From contig NC_058368.1 of assembly GCF_018350175.1 (NCBI RefSeq), positions 111,044,001 through 111,108,000 of the forward strand: a stretch of 64,000 nt of DNA, in the 5' to 3' direction. Within the stretch, counting starts at the first letter, position 1. Each line of letters starts with the position of its first letter. The notes below the pieces were generated by a model. That model was not told where the DNA came from and made no database searches. It was given only the letters and a program-made list of their open reading frames with translations. Positions 35,982 to 48,664 of this stretch are shown here, in pieces. The translations under genes and the position numbers were made by a program. This DNA is from Felis catus (lineage: Eukaryota).

Positions 35982-37278
35982 AAATAAACAAAATTTATCA
36001 TCATATAATAACAAAGATAGTTCATATGACCAAGTTATAATTATCCTAGAAATTCAAGCTTTGTTTAACTTTCAAAAACAAGTCACTGTCATTTATCACA
36101 TTAATAGATTAAAGAAGAAAAATCCTATAGTTATCTCAGTGGATGCAGAAAAAGCATTTTATAAAATGCAACATCCATTGAATCAAATGGATAAATAGTG
36201 GGGGAAAAAAACAACCTTGAGCCAAACTGGAACTGGAAAGAAACTTCCTTAATTTTAAAAAGGCTGTCTTTTAAAAAATAACTAATGCAAGCATCATACT
36301 TAGTGGTAAAACATTGGAAATTTTCCCTTTGAAAATTGGAACAAAACAAAGATATCCATTACCACCACTTTTATTCAGCATCATACTGGAGATCTTGGCC
36401 GACACAGTGAAGAAAGAAGAGGAATAAGGACTGGAAAAGGAAGAAACAAAATTTCCTTTATTTATAGATGTTTTGATAGTATACAGAGGAAATTTTTAAA
36501 ATGCTCTACAGGTAATTAGAATTATTAACAAAGTCCAGCAAGTTTCTTGGATTTAAAAAAAGTAAATATATACAAATCAATGTATTTAACAGCAACAAAA
36601 AGGAAATTATATTTTAAAAGGATAGCACTTAGAATATCATTTTAAAATATCAAATCACTAGGAATAAAGCAATAAAATTTGAATAAGTCTCCAATGCAGA
36701 AAAATTTACAGCATTATAGACAGAAATTAAAGATCTTAATAAATGAAGCTATAGTGTTCATGGATTGGAAGACTAAAATATTACAAAGATCATCAGTTCT
36801 TCCCAAAGTGATCTATAGATTCAATTTTATTTCTATAAAGTTTCATGAGGATTTTTTGTGGGACTGGACAAGATGATTCCAAAATTTATGTGGACATGCA
36901 CAAGGCCAAGAATAGCTAAGTCACTCTAGAGGAAGAACGAGGTTAGAGGAATTGCTATTACTATATCAGATTACTATAAAGCTATAGTAATTAGGAGAGG
37001 GCCTGGATTTGGGGGATAGGCAGTTCAATGGAATAGAGATGAGATTACAGAAACAGAGCTGCACATATCTAGATGCTTGGTTTTTGACAGAAGTGGCATG
37101 GTACAGCATTGGCAGAAAGATTCTTAATAAACTTGGCTGGAACAACTGAGGATCTATATAGGAAAAGAATGAAATTGAACCCCTACTAAATTTACACCAT
37201 ACACCAAAATCAACTTCAGGTGTATATGGACCTAAATAGAAAAGCCAAAATTGTAAAGTTTTAAAATAATAATGTAGA

Positions 37279-37445
37279 GGGGCACCCGCATGGCTCAGTG
37301 GGTTAAGCATCCAACTCTTGATTTTGGCTCAGGTCATGATTTCACGTTTTGAGATCAAGGCCCACATTGGGCTCTACACTGACATCATGGACCCCGCTTG
37401 GGATCCTCTCTCTCCCTTTGTCCCTCCCGCACACATGTGTGCACG

Positions 37446-37479
<34 letters not shown>

Positions 37480-37498
37480 ATAAATAAACATTAATAAT
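37279..37498 (+). mobile_element. Can-SINE
   Basis: TSD AATAATAATGTAGA (37265-37278/37499-37512). Confidence 0.93.
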
Positions 37499-37707
37499 AA
37501 TAATAATGTAGAAAAATAACAATGTAGAAGAATATCTTCATAATCTTGGGTAGGGAAATGGTCTTAAAACACAAAAAGCAATATTACAAAGGAAAGACAG
37601 ATAAAATGAAGAATTTATATTCATCAAAAGACAACATTAAGAGAGTGAAAAGGCAATCTACAGAGTAGCAGAAGATAATAATAACAGATAAGACTATCAA
37701 AGGCTAT

Positions 37708-37925
37708 GGGGTGCCTGGGTGGCTTAGTTGGTTAAGCGTCCAACTTCGGCTCGGGTCATGATCTCATGGTTTGTGAGTTCAAGCCCCACATCAGGCTCTG
37801 TGCTGACAGCTCGAGGCCTGGAGCCTGCCTCTGATTCTGTGTCTCCCTCTCTCTGCCTTTCTCCTGCTTATGCTCTTTTTCTCTCTTTCAAAAATAAATA
37901 AAATATTAAAAAAAAATTTTTTTTA
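37708..37925 (+). mobile_element. Can-SINE
   Basis: TSD ACTATCAAAGGCT (37693-37705/37926-37938). Confidence 0.95.
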
Positions 37926-38007
37926 ACTATCAAAGGCTTTTATCCAGAATATATACAGGACTCATGAGAAATAATAACAGAAGACAACCCAGTAGAAGAA
38001 TGTGCAT

Positions 38008-38129
38008 TCCAAACTCATCAAGCTATGTACATTAAATATGTATAGCTTTCTGTATGTCAATCATACTTTAATAAAGTGGTTTTAAAATAAATGAGTAAAT
38101 AATACAAAAAACAGAATAACTTGGGAAAA
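38008..38129 (+). mobile_element. Very short L1 3'-end insertion (L1MC/MD-like)
   Basis: CAAACTCATCAAG..TACATTAAATATGTA.AGCT..TGTATGTCAATCATAC..AATAAAGTGG; degenerate TSD AGAA(G/A)AATG(T/G)GCA. Confidence 0.65.
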
Positions 38130-38474
38130 AGAAAAATGGGCAAAAGATAGGCCCTTTGAAAAAAAGAAACACAAAGGCCAGTAACATAAAACTGTTCAAA
38201 TTTTTTGGTCATCAGGCAAATGTCAATTAAAATCACAGTAAGATATCACTACATACTTACCAAATTGAATAAGCAAAAACATTCATCTATATAAATTTAC
38301 ATAAAGATGTACAAACATTTTGGGAAACAGTTCAGCATTATCCAAGTAAGCTGAAAATAACATACACTATGAGCCAGCAATTCCATTCCTAGGCAAATAT
38401 CCTACAGAAAAGAGTGTTAATAGGACAGGAAACATGGACAAGAATGGTCATAGGAGCTCGGTTTGTCATAGCCC

Positions 38475-38898
38475 TGTCATAAATCTGGTTCCCAGGAAAC
38501 AGATGCTGAGATGGAGTTTGGAGCACAAGATATTTATGATGGACATTAGGAATCAACATCAATGAAAGGAAGGGAGAGGAAGCAGGATTGAGCAGAAGAA
38601 GTCCAACTGTGATGCACATTCATTGACGTCTAAGCCAAGTTGGCAGGGAACTCTGGAGCAAATATTGTGCATCTGGATTGTCCCAGATTGGATTAAAATG
38701 GCCCAGCCTCTATATCCCTGCTTTGTTCAGTCACTGGATGCCAGCTGCTCTGAAAAGGGGCAAGGCAGCCCTCTGCAGCTCAGGCAGACCCTGAATAAAC
38801 TACTAGCTGCAGGTTTCTGCTTATCACACTCTCTGCAACTGGACAGCAAATCCTTCCTTGAGGAAGGATCTGGGTGACACATCTTTGCGTCAGCCACA
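38475..38898 (-). mobile_element. ERVL solo LTR (LTR16-like)
   Basis: TG...CA ends; perfect 5-bp TSD AGCCC (38470-38474/38899-38903); GGTTCCCAGGAAACAGATGCTGAGATGGAGTTT. Confidence 0.85.
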
Positions 38899-39029
38899 AG
38901 CCCAAACCGGCAACAACTGAAATGTCTATCAGCTGAGCAAATGAAGGTTAAACTCTGCTTTGCTCATACAACATACCCATAATTTCCCCGTGTTTCCTCA
39001 TGGCACTTTGGTGTTCCATCCGTCCCAGG

Positions 39030-39735
39030 GTAACCACAGTTCCTATCCTTGCCAGTACTTGATTTGGTCGGTCTTGTTAAATTCTGGTCATTCTAGTGGG
39101 TTCATAGTTTTCATTTATATTTTCCTGATGACAAAAGATGTTGAGCATCTCATGTTGTTTATTTGTTACCTAAATAACTTCTTTGGTAAAGTCTTCTTCA
39201 ATTCAAGTCTTTTGCCTGTTTTTAAATTGTTGTATATAATTTTTGTATAAAATTTGTATATATAATTTGGATATGGGTCATACATATACATATGGCCTCT
39301 AATCCATATCATATAATTTTTATATATAGTATAAATGATATATGTTTGTGGTATGAATTTTACATATGGCTATCCAATAGTCCCAGGACCATTTGCTGGA
39401 AAGATTGTTTGCTCCCCATTGAGTTGCCTTGTTACTGTTTTGTTTTTTTTTGTGTGTGTTTTTCCCCCTAAGTTTATTTATTTACTTTGAGAGGGAGAGA
39501 GAGAGAAAGAACACAAGTGGGGGGAGGGGCAGAGAGAAAGAGAGGATCTCAAGCAGGCTCCGTGCCATTAGCACAGAGCCTGATGCAAGCCTTGAACTCA
39601 TGAACTGTGAGATCATCAACTGAGTCGAGATCAAGAGTCGGTTGCTCAAATGACTGAGCACCCAGGCGCCCCAACCTTGGTACTATTTGTTAAAAATCAA
39701 TTGATCATGTATGTGTGGGTCTATTTCTATCTTTA
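39030..39735 (-). mobile_element. L1 fragments
   Basis: TTTCCTGATGAC.AAAGATGTTGAGCATCT; CCAGGACCATTTGCTGGAAAGA; AAAATCAATTGATCATGTATGTGTGGGTCTATTTCT. Confidence 0.8.
39442..39672 (-). mobile_element. Can-SINE
   Basis: Antisense head CCCAGGCGCCCC; TSD CCTTG(T/G)TACT(G/A)TTT. Confidence 0.93.
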
Positions 39736-40339
39736 TACTAGTATTACATTTTTTACACTAGCTTTTTAGATCACTTGAATTCATTTAGTGGAAGATTTAA
39801 GGTAAAGATCTGGATTTATTTTTTCTCAAATAGTGACTTGTCCCTGGGGCAGGGGGAATCATGCTTTTTATCTCTACTCTTTTGAGGGCAAACTTTATTA
39901 TATAGAGATTTATTATGCCATATGTAAGACTCTATTTCTGGATAACTCTCTTTCATTGATGTGTCTGTAGTTTTATTTTTCAGTTCTATGAAGAGAGTTT
40001 TGAGTAATATTTCTATGTGGGAGTAAAGAGGGAGTGCAGGCCTCTACCTGCTCTGGGAATACTGCTCTTCCTCAAACCTCCAGACCACCATCAGAGGAGT
40101 GAAGAGGGCTCCCGACAGGTGCTCTCTCCTCTCCCCTCCCAACAAACCCAGCCTGGCCACCACCCTCTGCCTTGGGCTCCTCGGGGCTGCTCTCAACAGC
40201 CCCTTTATCCCTGTTCATACCAGTCCCACATGAAGTCCAGAATTCCAAGGGTATCCTTCACTCCAGGACTCTAAGCCCCATGTGCCTCTGCATTACCCTT
40301 TTCTGACCTCATCGACTACCCTACCCCATGTCTAGAAAT

Positions 40340-42200
40340 CCTTTCACTGGTCTCTGAAACTCATGGTCTGGCATCAGTGAATTTCCCCATATCCTCAGCC
40401 TCATTTCAGAATGTCATCTTTGCTTTCTTGCTCTAATGGCAAACTGCCTCTCCTGTAAGGACTCCGCTTCCCCTTCAGCCTCTCAAGTGGTGGCTCTTCC
40501 CCCTACTGTGGTCCTTGTGTCCCTGGTGGGATCGGGAATGACTATTTTGCTCCTCAGTGTCAGAGTTTGCCCTCCTCCTTGGAAATACCCATGTCTGGAA
40601 GCCATGTCATCAGACAAGACCACCCATTCCTCCACTTTTGACAGCCATTGGCAGGCCCCCTTGGTCTCTCCCCCTTGTTCTTTGAAGATTTTAGCTCCTG
40701 GCCCATCCCAGTTCCCCACCTTTCCTCTCCAGGGGCACTCCTGCATTAGTTTTTAGTTTCTCCATTCATGTAAATGAACTAGCTCTTTCAGCCCCTTGGC
40801 CTCCTCTTCACAATCTTGGCTTCCGTAGTACCTCAGCCTCTTGCTCCAGCAGCCAGACCTCCAACTGGTGGTTATCTGTCAGTACAGTACCTTCATTGAC
40901 TGGGTGATCTGTGTCCCCTCTCGGTGAACAGTACCTCTCTCTCCACCTCACTCCTTCTAGTGCCCCCAATCCAACAGCTCATCTTGGAGCCTACTGATCC
41001 AAGCAAATATTCGTGTTCCCTTGCCTCCTCAGGCCCCCTTCCCTTCTTACCCAGCTCACATTCCATGGTCCGATGCCATACTCTCTCCCTCTCCCCTCCC
41101 TGTACAATGGTCATCTGGCAAAACCACAGCCTTGGTTAAACTCAGCCCTCTATCTACCCTACACCTGCATCCACAGACTGCCTGGGACAAATAAAAACCC
41201 ACAATGGGCTGACCAGTCTCACTTTGAATTAATGAACCCAAGCCTCCCTCAGTGAGACCTATAGGCTGCCCAGAAATCATACTATACCCCCAAGGGCACT
41301 TACACCCTCTCTCTCAGCCGACTGCCTCACACCTCCTCTTCCACCTCACTCTCAGCTGACAACCTGTTCCTAGCTTGCTAAGAAAATAGAAGCCCTCACC
41401 AGAGAAGTTCCACGGGCTCCACCACTACTTCCCCCACCCACTTGCATCTGTGCTCATCAACTCTGGTTTTCATTTTGCTAATATGGGTGAACTGTCCATG
41501 CTCCTATTTAAGGACAGTCCCCTTTTTTGTACACCAGATGCTATCTCCACCTGTCTACTCAAGGACTTCACTCCAACATTTATCCCTTTTCTCACCTACA
41601 TCATCAAAATTCCCCTCTCTCCAGGATTATTCCCATCATCACACAAAAATACTGTGATTTTTCCATCTTAAAGAAAAATCATGTCTTGGCCTTATATCCC
41701 CCTCAAACTCTCACCCAATTTCTCTGCTCCTCTTTATGGCCCAACTCCTAGAAGGAATGGACTCTTCTTGCTGTCTCAAGTCCTCTCCCTGCTTCCTTTC
41801 TCCCATCAGGCTTTAGCCCCCACCACTACAGCAAAGCTACCTCTGTCGAGGGCTCTCCATGTTCTCAAATATCAGGCTTCACCTTGCTTGCTTCTCAGTA
41901 GCATGTAAGAGTTCATCTCTCCCTCCTTGGCACCTGGATCATCACCACCCTCTCATGGTTTCCCTCCTACCTCTCTGGTCGCTCATCTTCTGTCTCCTTT
42001 GCTGGCACTTCCTCATCTCCAAGGCTCAGTCCTTGGACCTCTTTTAATCTCTTATCTTCGTGCAGTCCCTTGATAATCTCCTCCAGTGTCCTGGCTTTAA
42101 ATAACATTCCGTTGCTGACAACTTGCAAATTTATATCCCCAGCCTAAGCTTTTTTCTGAATTCCAACTTATATTGTCTCTAGGCAGACTCCTGAAGCTGA
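40340..42200 (+). mobile_element. Long L2 ORF2 relic reaching the endonuclease region
   Basis: C/T-rich L2 sense texture; TTTCTTGCTCTAA..CCTCTCCTG.AAGGAC; AAAACCACAGCCTTGGTTAAACTCA; CTCACTCTCAGCTGAC.ACCT; TGGCTTTAAATA. Confidence 0.75.
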
Positions 42201-43599
42201 ATCACGGCCGCCCCCCGCCAATCAGTTTCAAGCTCACCAGCTCTCCCCCATCCCATAGCTGGCCCACTTCCCTCTAGATGTTTGAGTTTTGAACCCAGAT
42301 CTAGAGGATGAAGATTAAGACTTTCCTTTGCACAGGCCTGTGGAGTGAGGGCAATTGGAGTGGGGGCCAGTGGCTCTGTGCACATTGCAGGCTGCTTTAT
42401 TCTCAATCCATTTTGGGCTGGTGAGCAGCTCAGTGTGAAGCACTCCTGGCTAGTTCAGGGTTGGCCACTCAAGGTGGCATCTCATGGGCATACAGGTACC
42501 TAACCCCCCCCCCCCCCCAACACACACACACATGTACATTTTGCCTGCTCTGTGTCTCCTTCCTACCTTCCTCTCCAGGTGCAAGGACACAGTGACCTTC
42601 CCAGAAGGCCCGATCCTAAGGACACTGCCCATCCATCTTATGGCCTCCATCCAAGCTGGGACTCTGGACTTCATAGCTCTCTGGGATCCCATGGGGACCA
42701 AGCCAACTGGGGAGCTCTGTGAGGCCCTTCTGGTTTCTTTCCCACCTTCTCAGGGCTCACTTCTCTGGAGCCATACCTGACCTGGGAAATCCACCTGGAC
42801 TCTCAAGGTGGATTACCTCCCCGAGCCCAGTACCCACAAATGAGAGACCAAGAGTGTGGTTCACTGCAGCAGGAGGTGTCTGTCCCCCAAGAAGCGGCCT
42901 GAGTAGGCTTCTCAGCAGCAGCTAGGATGAAGGGCAGTTTACCCCTCCCCAAACCACTCAGGGCTGCAATTTTGCAAACCAGGAATTAAAGGCTGGAATA
43001 CTCAACGCCCTGTGGTCTCCCGAAGTGGGAGGACTCTAAAGGAGGATCAACTTCCCTTAGAAGCCAGGCACATTGGCAAGAAGTACTGGGTAAACAAGCA
43101 ATCTTGGGGCAATGCTAATCTGCTTTTTCCTCTTCTTCAGAGTGTCTGACTGAGTCTAAATTGAATTATTAATCTAGTCCTGTGTGCCCGTGTCACTTTT
43201 CCAGACAACCAGTTTATTCTTGACTCGCCCACTATCAATTTCAACATGCAATTTACAATGAAATTTGACTGATCAGCACTACCATAATTAGTTGCAAATG
43301 TCTGTGCTTGTATTTGTTTGGTGTAGGGGCTTTTTCATTAAAGTGACGGAGGCCAGTAAACACCATGACTTTGCTCTGGGACACAGGACTAGTGGCAGTT
43401 ATGTTTTGGGCCAGGGCCAGGCTGACTCACAAGAGAGGGTGGGCATTTGGAGTTGTAGCACCAGGAACTGTGTTTTCCCCTTTAACACCCTTGTGTTCAC
43501 AAAGAGCACTCACTCTAGGTTGGACAGATGATAACATGTGCAATCCATGAGGAAGAAGCGAACTGGACTTCCCTTTTTTGGTCTATCCCTTAAGTCTCC

Positions 43600-43700
43600 C
43601 GAGATCTGCTTGCACACCTCCAGTAACAAGGGGCTTTTATCTGGTTAGGCAGCTCTACTTGTGAGAAAGTTCTTCCTTGCCTGGGCTCCCACCTGCCAGC
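43600..43700 (-). mobile_element. CR1/L3 fragment
   Basis: GCAGCTCTACTTGTGAGAAAGTTCTTCCTT. Confidence 0.55.
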
Positions 43701-43837
43701 TGTAGGGCTGTCCCACCTAGTCCAGGGTTCTGGTCTCAACTCACAGACTGTCACATTGAATGAACTTGGGTCGGTTGCTTAGCCTTATTTTATCCATCTG
43801 AGAAAGGGGAATTATCCAGTGGGTTTGTCTCCAGGAT

Positions 43838-44420
43838 TGTAACAGTCAGAGTTTCTAAATACAAGCAACAGAAATTGACCTTTAACTTAGGCAGATTGAC
43901 TTAATTGACTTAAGCTAAATTGATTTAAGCAGAAAAATAATATTGAGCAGCTCAGAGAATCTCTTGGCAAAGCAGAAAAGCAGCGCTGCAGATGACGTGA
44001 AAAGACAATCATACCGAAAACTGGCTCAGTCAGGACCTCATTGTTCTCACTGTTGCCACCACCATCGTGCACTAGACCCTATAGGCTGGGCTGCTGTATC
44101 CTGCCCAGGCTCTGTGCTGTCACCATCTCCACCACCACTGTGGGTGGCCGGCTACACCCACAGTAACCACCAAGGAGAACCCTCTGTGATCCCTGCTTTT
44201 TTGGGTCACTAGTTCCTGGGTCACTGTCTGGAGCCTTTGTGCCTGAATGGCAGAGCCTCAGTCATGGGCCTTCACCCAGCCACGGGGAGGCTGGGAAAAG
44301 TATGCACATGGTACTTTTAGCCTCTGTAGTGGGAAGTGGGCTCTGCCTCAGAATGAGGGGAATTCCCCATCACAGGAAGAGGGTTCAGATCCTGGGTAGC
44401 CAAAAAGAAGAACAAAGAAT
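43838..44420 (-). mobile_element. MaLR LTR (MLT1K/L-like) inserted in a MIR
   Basis: CAAGCAACAGAAA..GATTTAAGCAGAAAA..GGGAGGCTGGGAAAAG..TTTAGCCTCTGTAGTGGGAAG. Confidence 0.75.
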
Positions 44421-44618
44421 CAAATAATAGGGTAGATGTTAAAAGAGGTTTGAAAAGGTATCAAGCTCAACATACCTACCCAAGATTATTATTCATTCTA
44501 TTAATATTTCTGCAGATACAGAGGGGAGATAGTTATGATTCCTGCCCTCAAAGCACAACACAATCAGGGAGTAAAAGGCACGGGCCAGAGGACTCCTGTT
44601 CTAGGCAGGGGACGTCCC

Positions 44619-45200
44619 TGTTGAGAACTGTTGTCGTTTCCCTGCTTAGTAACTGTCCCTCCTCTTCTGGGAATAGCAACCCAATTTTCATCCAAGAAAG
44701 TACTCCTCTTATCATTTTCAGCTCATGTGCTTCAGGTGGAGTAATTCCCTGGCTTGAGAGTCACAAGTGAATCAGGCCTGGACAATCAGAGCTGCATAGT
44801 GTATTAGGCCCTTTGCAGGGTTGCACAATGGCTGGTTTAAGGCGGAGCATGGGTTGTAAGCTGAGCCATGAGGTCCAATCAGAGCCAATACTAAGTATTT
44901 GAGTATTCTAGGAAAAGATGTTGTCCTTTCATCTGGACTTAGAGATGTGAGGGTGTCAGCTTGGAGCTGCTGGCAGCTGTCTTGTCACCACACTTTAAGA
45001 AAAAGGCCAATCCTTAAGGAAGCAGAAATGAAGAATGCCCTGGTCTGGATGACATAGTTGAGCCCCTGGATCAAGGTGTGCCTGAAGCCCCTGAATTTTT
45101 CCATTATGTAAAACAACCAACCAAACAAACAAATAGTTCTCTTTTGCTTCAGCCAATTTGGATGAGTTTCATATAACTTGAAACTAAAAGAATTCTAATT
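44619..45200 (+). mobile_element. MaLR LTR (MLT1K-like)
   Basis: CAGGCCTGGACAATCAGAG..GGAGCTGCTGGCAGCTGTCTTG..GATGACATAGTTGAGCCCCTGGATCAAG. Confidence 0.8.
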
Positions 45201-45319
45201 GGTTCTCCCACATACACCCTGCCTCAGCATCAGCCTGGAACCAACTCCTGTGGAATGTCCACAATGAAATCACCAGGGGGCCTTCTCTCTGGTATTGTTC
45301 TTTAGAGCCCCCTCGTAAT

Positions 45320-45415
45320 GGACAAAATTATCCCATTTTGTAGATGGGAACACGGGGGCACAACGGAGCAACAGCCTGGGGGACTCAGGATTGACCTAGA
45401 GCCCAGGTCTCTGAA
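45320..45415 (-). mobile_element. MIR fragment
   Basis: ATTATCCCATTTTGTAGATGGGAACAC..AGCCCAGGTCT. Confidence 0.6.
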
Positions 45416-46619
45416 TGAGGGGACTCTAGTACCATCCCCAACCTCTCCTTATCTCAGCAATAAGTCCACAGAAGCCAGTATGGGATGTATGGCCTGGAAA
45501 CAACCTGATCACATGGCTGATGGAGTAGTTGGTAGGATATTTAGTCAAGCACACCCATTGTCCATGTAGAGCTAACAAACCCAGCCTAGGTCCATGACAA
45601 AATTCTTCCTGGCATCAGGGTAATAACCAAACTGGCCCAGGTCTTCTCCAGGATATCTCTAGGGCTCTCTCTCACACTTCCTCACAACCTGCCTCCCCCA
45701 AGGGGGCTGTGAGTACTGCCTTCATTATTTCCTACAATGTTTAGTAAGCTAACCATGGTGTTTGCTCTTAATGATGAGTCCTTCAAAGTGATGGAAAGCA
45801 TTGCTCAAGCCTTAAGGAAGCCACTGTCTTTCCCAAGTAAGACATGGAGGGAGGTTTCTTGCAGAGATGCAATGAACTCTGTTCCTTCTAAGGATTGAAA
45901 ATCTGGGCCAGGGAGAGCAACATGAGGGCATAATCCACCTCTGAGAAACTCTCCTTGCAGGTGTTGCCAGTGGGAAGGAATCAGGGTCCCATGAACTAGA
46001 AGCTGCTCAGAAAGGAATCAGATGAGGACCTTCCGTACCAGGCTCTGGGAACAGCCTGCCAGTGCTGCTGCAGCCCTGAGCTGCTAAGTCAGTTACACAG
46101 GTAGATTGGTCCTGGTACAAGTGGAGAGACCTGCTCAGGCACATGGGGCCTCTGCTGTACTTATGGCACTGTGTGACAACATTGGGATGCCTGAACCTAC
46201 ATGGAGCCTTACTGCTTTTGTCCATGGTCAAAAAAGTGGGTTTCATAAGATGGTCCCAGCTTCAAATATGCCTCCTAGTTGTCAGACCCCAAGTTTTGAT
46301 TTGGGGTCCTGAAACTACAGGTCCCATGGATGCCCAAACAGGACTCTGTGACCTATAGGCCAAGGATCTGGTATTGCGTGTGTCCTGCAGGCCCCAGTGT
46401 CCCCCATAAGCCCATGAAGCACAATTGTTAGCAGGCGGAGGGTACATCCCATGGGTGTATGGGCATCATTTGTGAACCATTTTTGGAATTGGGCTGGCAA
46501 GTGTTTGCAGCCTGAGAAATGGGTTGGGACATTACCGGTCCCCAGAAATGTAAGTAGTTATAGAAATATCTATCTGAAGTTTTAGCCTGAGCTTTTAAAA
46601 AATCCTTTGAAAACTATCA

Positions 46620-47146
46620 GCAAGTAAGTATGTTTTAAAGCTAAACATAGGCATGTCTGATATCCCAACAATTCCACTTCTGAGTACATATACTCAGCAA
46701 GGGTACATACATGTCCCAAAAGACATGTACTATTGTTGGAAACAACCCAAATTTCCATCAACAATGATATCAACAAATCAGTGGTGGTACATTCATAAAA
46801 CAGAGAATAGCAATGAAACTGAGCAAACTATTTCATAGTCAATAACATGGGTGAATCTCACTGAGCAAGAGAAATCAGACATAAAAATAGCACATACTAT
46901 ATGATTCCATTTATATAAGTTTTCAAAAATAGGCAACACTAATCTACGGTGACAGAGGATACCATAGTGGTTATCCCTGAGGTCAGTAACTTACAGAGGG
47001 CACTAAAGGTTTGGGGGGCTGGTAATGCTGTTTTTGGTCACATAGGTAATAGTTACAGAGGTGTGTTCACAGGAGCTGTGAACTTATGAGCTGAGCGCTT
47101 TTCTCCAAGAATATTAGATTTCAATTAAAATGTTTATTTAAAAAAG
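46620..47146 (+). mobile_element. L1ME-like 3' end
   Basis: AACAATTCCACTTCTGAG..GGAAACAACCCAAAT..ATACTATATGATTCCATTTATATAAG..TTCAATTAAAA. Confidence 0.85.
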
Positions 47147-48322
47147 ATAAATAACCCCTCTGACCCAATCAACCCCAGCAGAAATTTCAGAGAGCCTGGA
47201 AACTGAGCATCTGTTTCTGTAGTACCTTCCCCTGATCCTTAGTTTTTTAGGTTCTCAGATGTCCTATGCATTAAGGTCAGCCACCAGAGCTGTGGGGACA
47301 GGGGCAAAGAAGAAGAAGGTGGCTTTGTGCTCCGAGGGCACAAAGGTCTCCAGAAAAGACCAGACAGACCACTGTAGGTGCTTAGCTGGGAGTCACGAAG
47401 GTCCACATTGAGGTCAGCCCCCCGCAAGCCTTCTATGAACCAGATAAATTCCTTTCCCAGCCCTCTGAAAGAGAAAAAGGGAGTACATCTTGTTGTAGGG
47501 CTAAGGCAGGGAAGGGGTAGAGGGGTCAAGTTGGTGCCCACTTTAGACTTGGCATTGGGTCCAATTTCACTCGAGTCCACATTGTTCAAACTCTCCCAGA
47601 TTGTCAACTGCCTGCTGGCTCAGCTTAATAGCACATAGTACATGACCTGGCACTTGAGAGGTTTCTAGTGTGTTCATCTAAGAAGAGGGGTCGTGGAGTC
47701 AATTGCTCTATTGCACCCTCTCTTGAGGAGGAGAGCTCCCCACCTCAAATGACTGGAAGAAAGGGAAAGAGAGGCTCCTTGGACCATTCCAGTATTAGGA
47801 GGCCCTAAAAGTACCTTTCACACAAGTAGGTGCTTCCTAAGCTTTGTTGAAATATTAGTTAGTTAGGATGGAGTTTCCAGTCCTGGGAACAGGATCTGGG
47901 TCTGCCTTAAAACCAAACAGGCTGTGGGCTATTTGTGGCTTAAAGCCAAATAGGCTGTGGGCTGGGCCCAGAGGGAGCAGGACCTGCTCTGCTCTAGGCC
48001 ACACAGAAGTCCTGGAGTGCCTGAGTCATTGGAGAGGACTGTGTCAGCTTAGAGGACGAGGCACTGAAGTCAGAGAGATGCAGAGCCTACCTACCTTCAC
48101 CCCACAGTGCAAAGGGGCAAACTGAGTCTTAGAGAAACTCGGTACTTTGTCCCCACCTCACAGCTAATCCAATAAATCCTGGATTAGTGCTGTGCTATGA
48201 AGCCTCCTCTATTCTGTCTCTCCTCTAGCTCTGAGTTTCTTCACAGAAGCATCACTGCCCCCTCAACACACACCTACACCTGGTGCACCTCAAGCATTCC
48301 TACCTTCTGTCTGCCTCTGGAA

Positions 48323-48664
48323 CAGGGGTCAACAAACTGTTTGTGTCAAGGGTCAAACAGGAAATACTTGAGACTTTGAGGTGGTCGGTGGGTCCATACA
48401 GTCTATGTCACAGCTCTTCAACTCTGCTTTGTAATAAGAAAGCAACCAGAGACGATATATAAGTGAATGGACATGGCTGTGTTCCTTGATTTATGAACAC
48501 AGAAATTTGACTTTCATGTAACTTCCACGTGTCATGAAATATTATTCTTCTTTAATTTTGTTTTCAACCATTAAAAATATAAAAACTATTCTTAGCTCAT
48601 GGGCTGTTCAAAAATAGGCATAGGGCCAGATCAGGTCCTCAGACTATAGTTTGCTAATTCTCTG
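48323..48664 (+). mobile_element. MER58B-like hAT MITE, full length
   Basis: TIRs CAGGGGTCAACAAACT / AGTTTGCTAATTCTCTG; 8-bp TSD CTCTGGAA/TTCTAGAA. Confidence 0.88.

Larger units (their letters stand above)
35280..38935 (+). mobile_element. Older L1 (L1ME-like) ORF2 remnant with multiple insertions
   Basis: RT-region motifs ATCTCAGTGGATGCAGAAAAAGCATTTT, AGTTCTTCCCAAAGTGATCTATAGATTCAAT, CAGCAATTCCATTCCTAGG. Confidence 0.88.

Noticed and set aside
33336..38935. Single L1 with a twin-priming 5' inversion
   Set aside because: The minus arm has its own 3'UTR and tail and overlaps the plus arm in ORF2 coordinates, so these are two elements
45270..45283. CTCF-like motifs (also ~48925, ~50161, ~51244)
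   Set aside because: Each mismatches core positions of CCASYAGRKGGCRS; needs a PWM scan or ChIP
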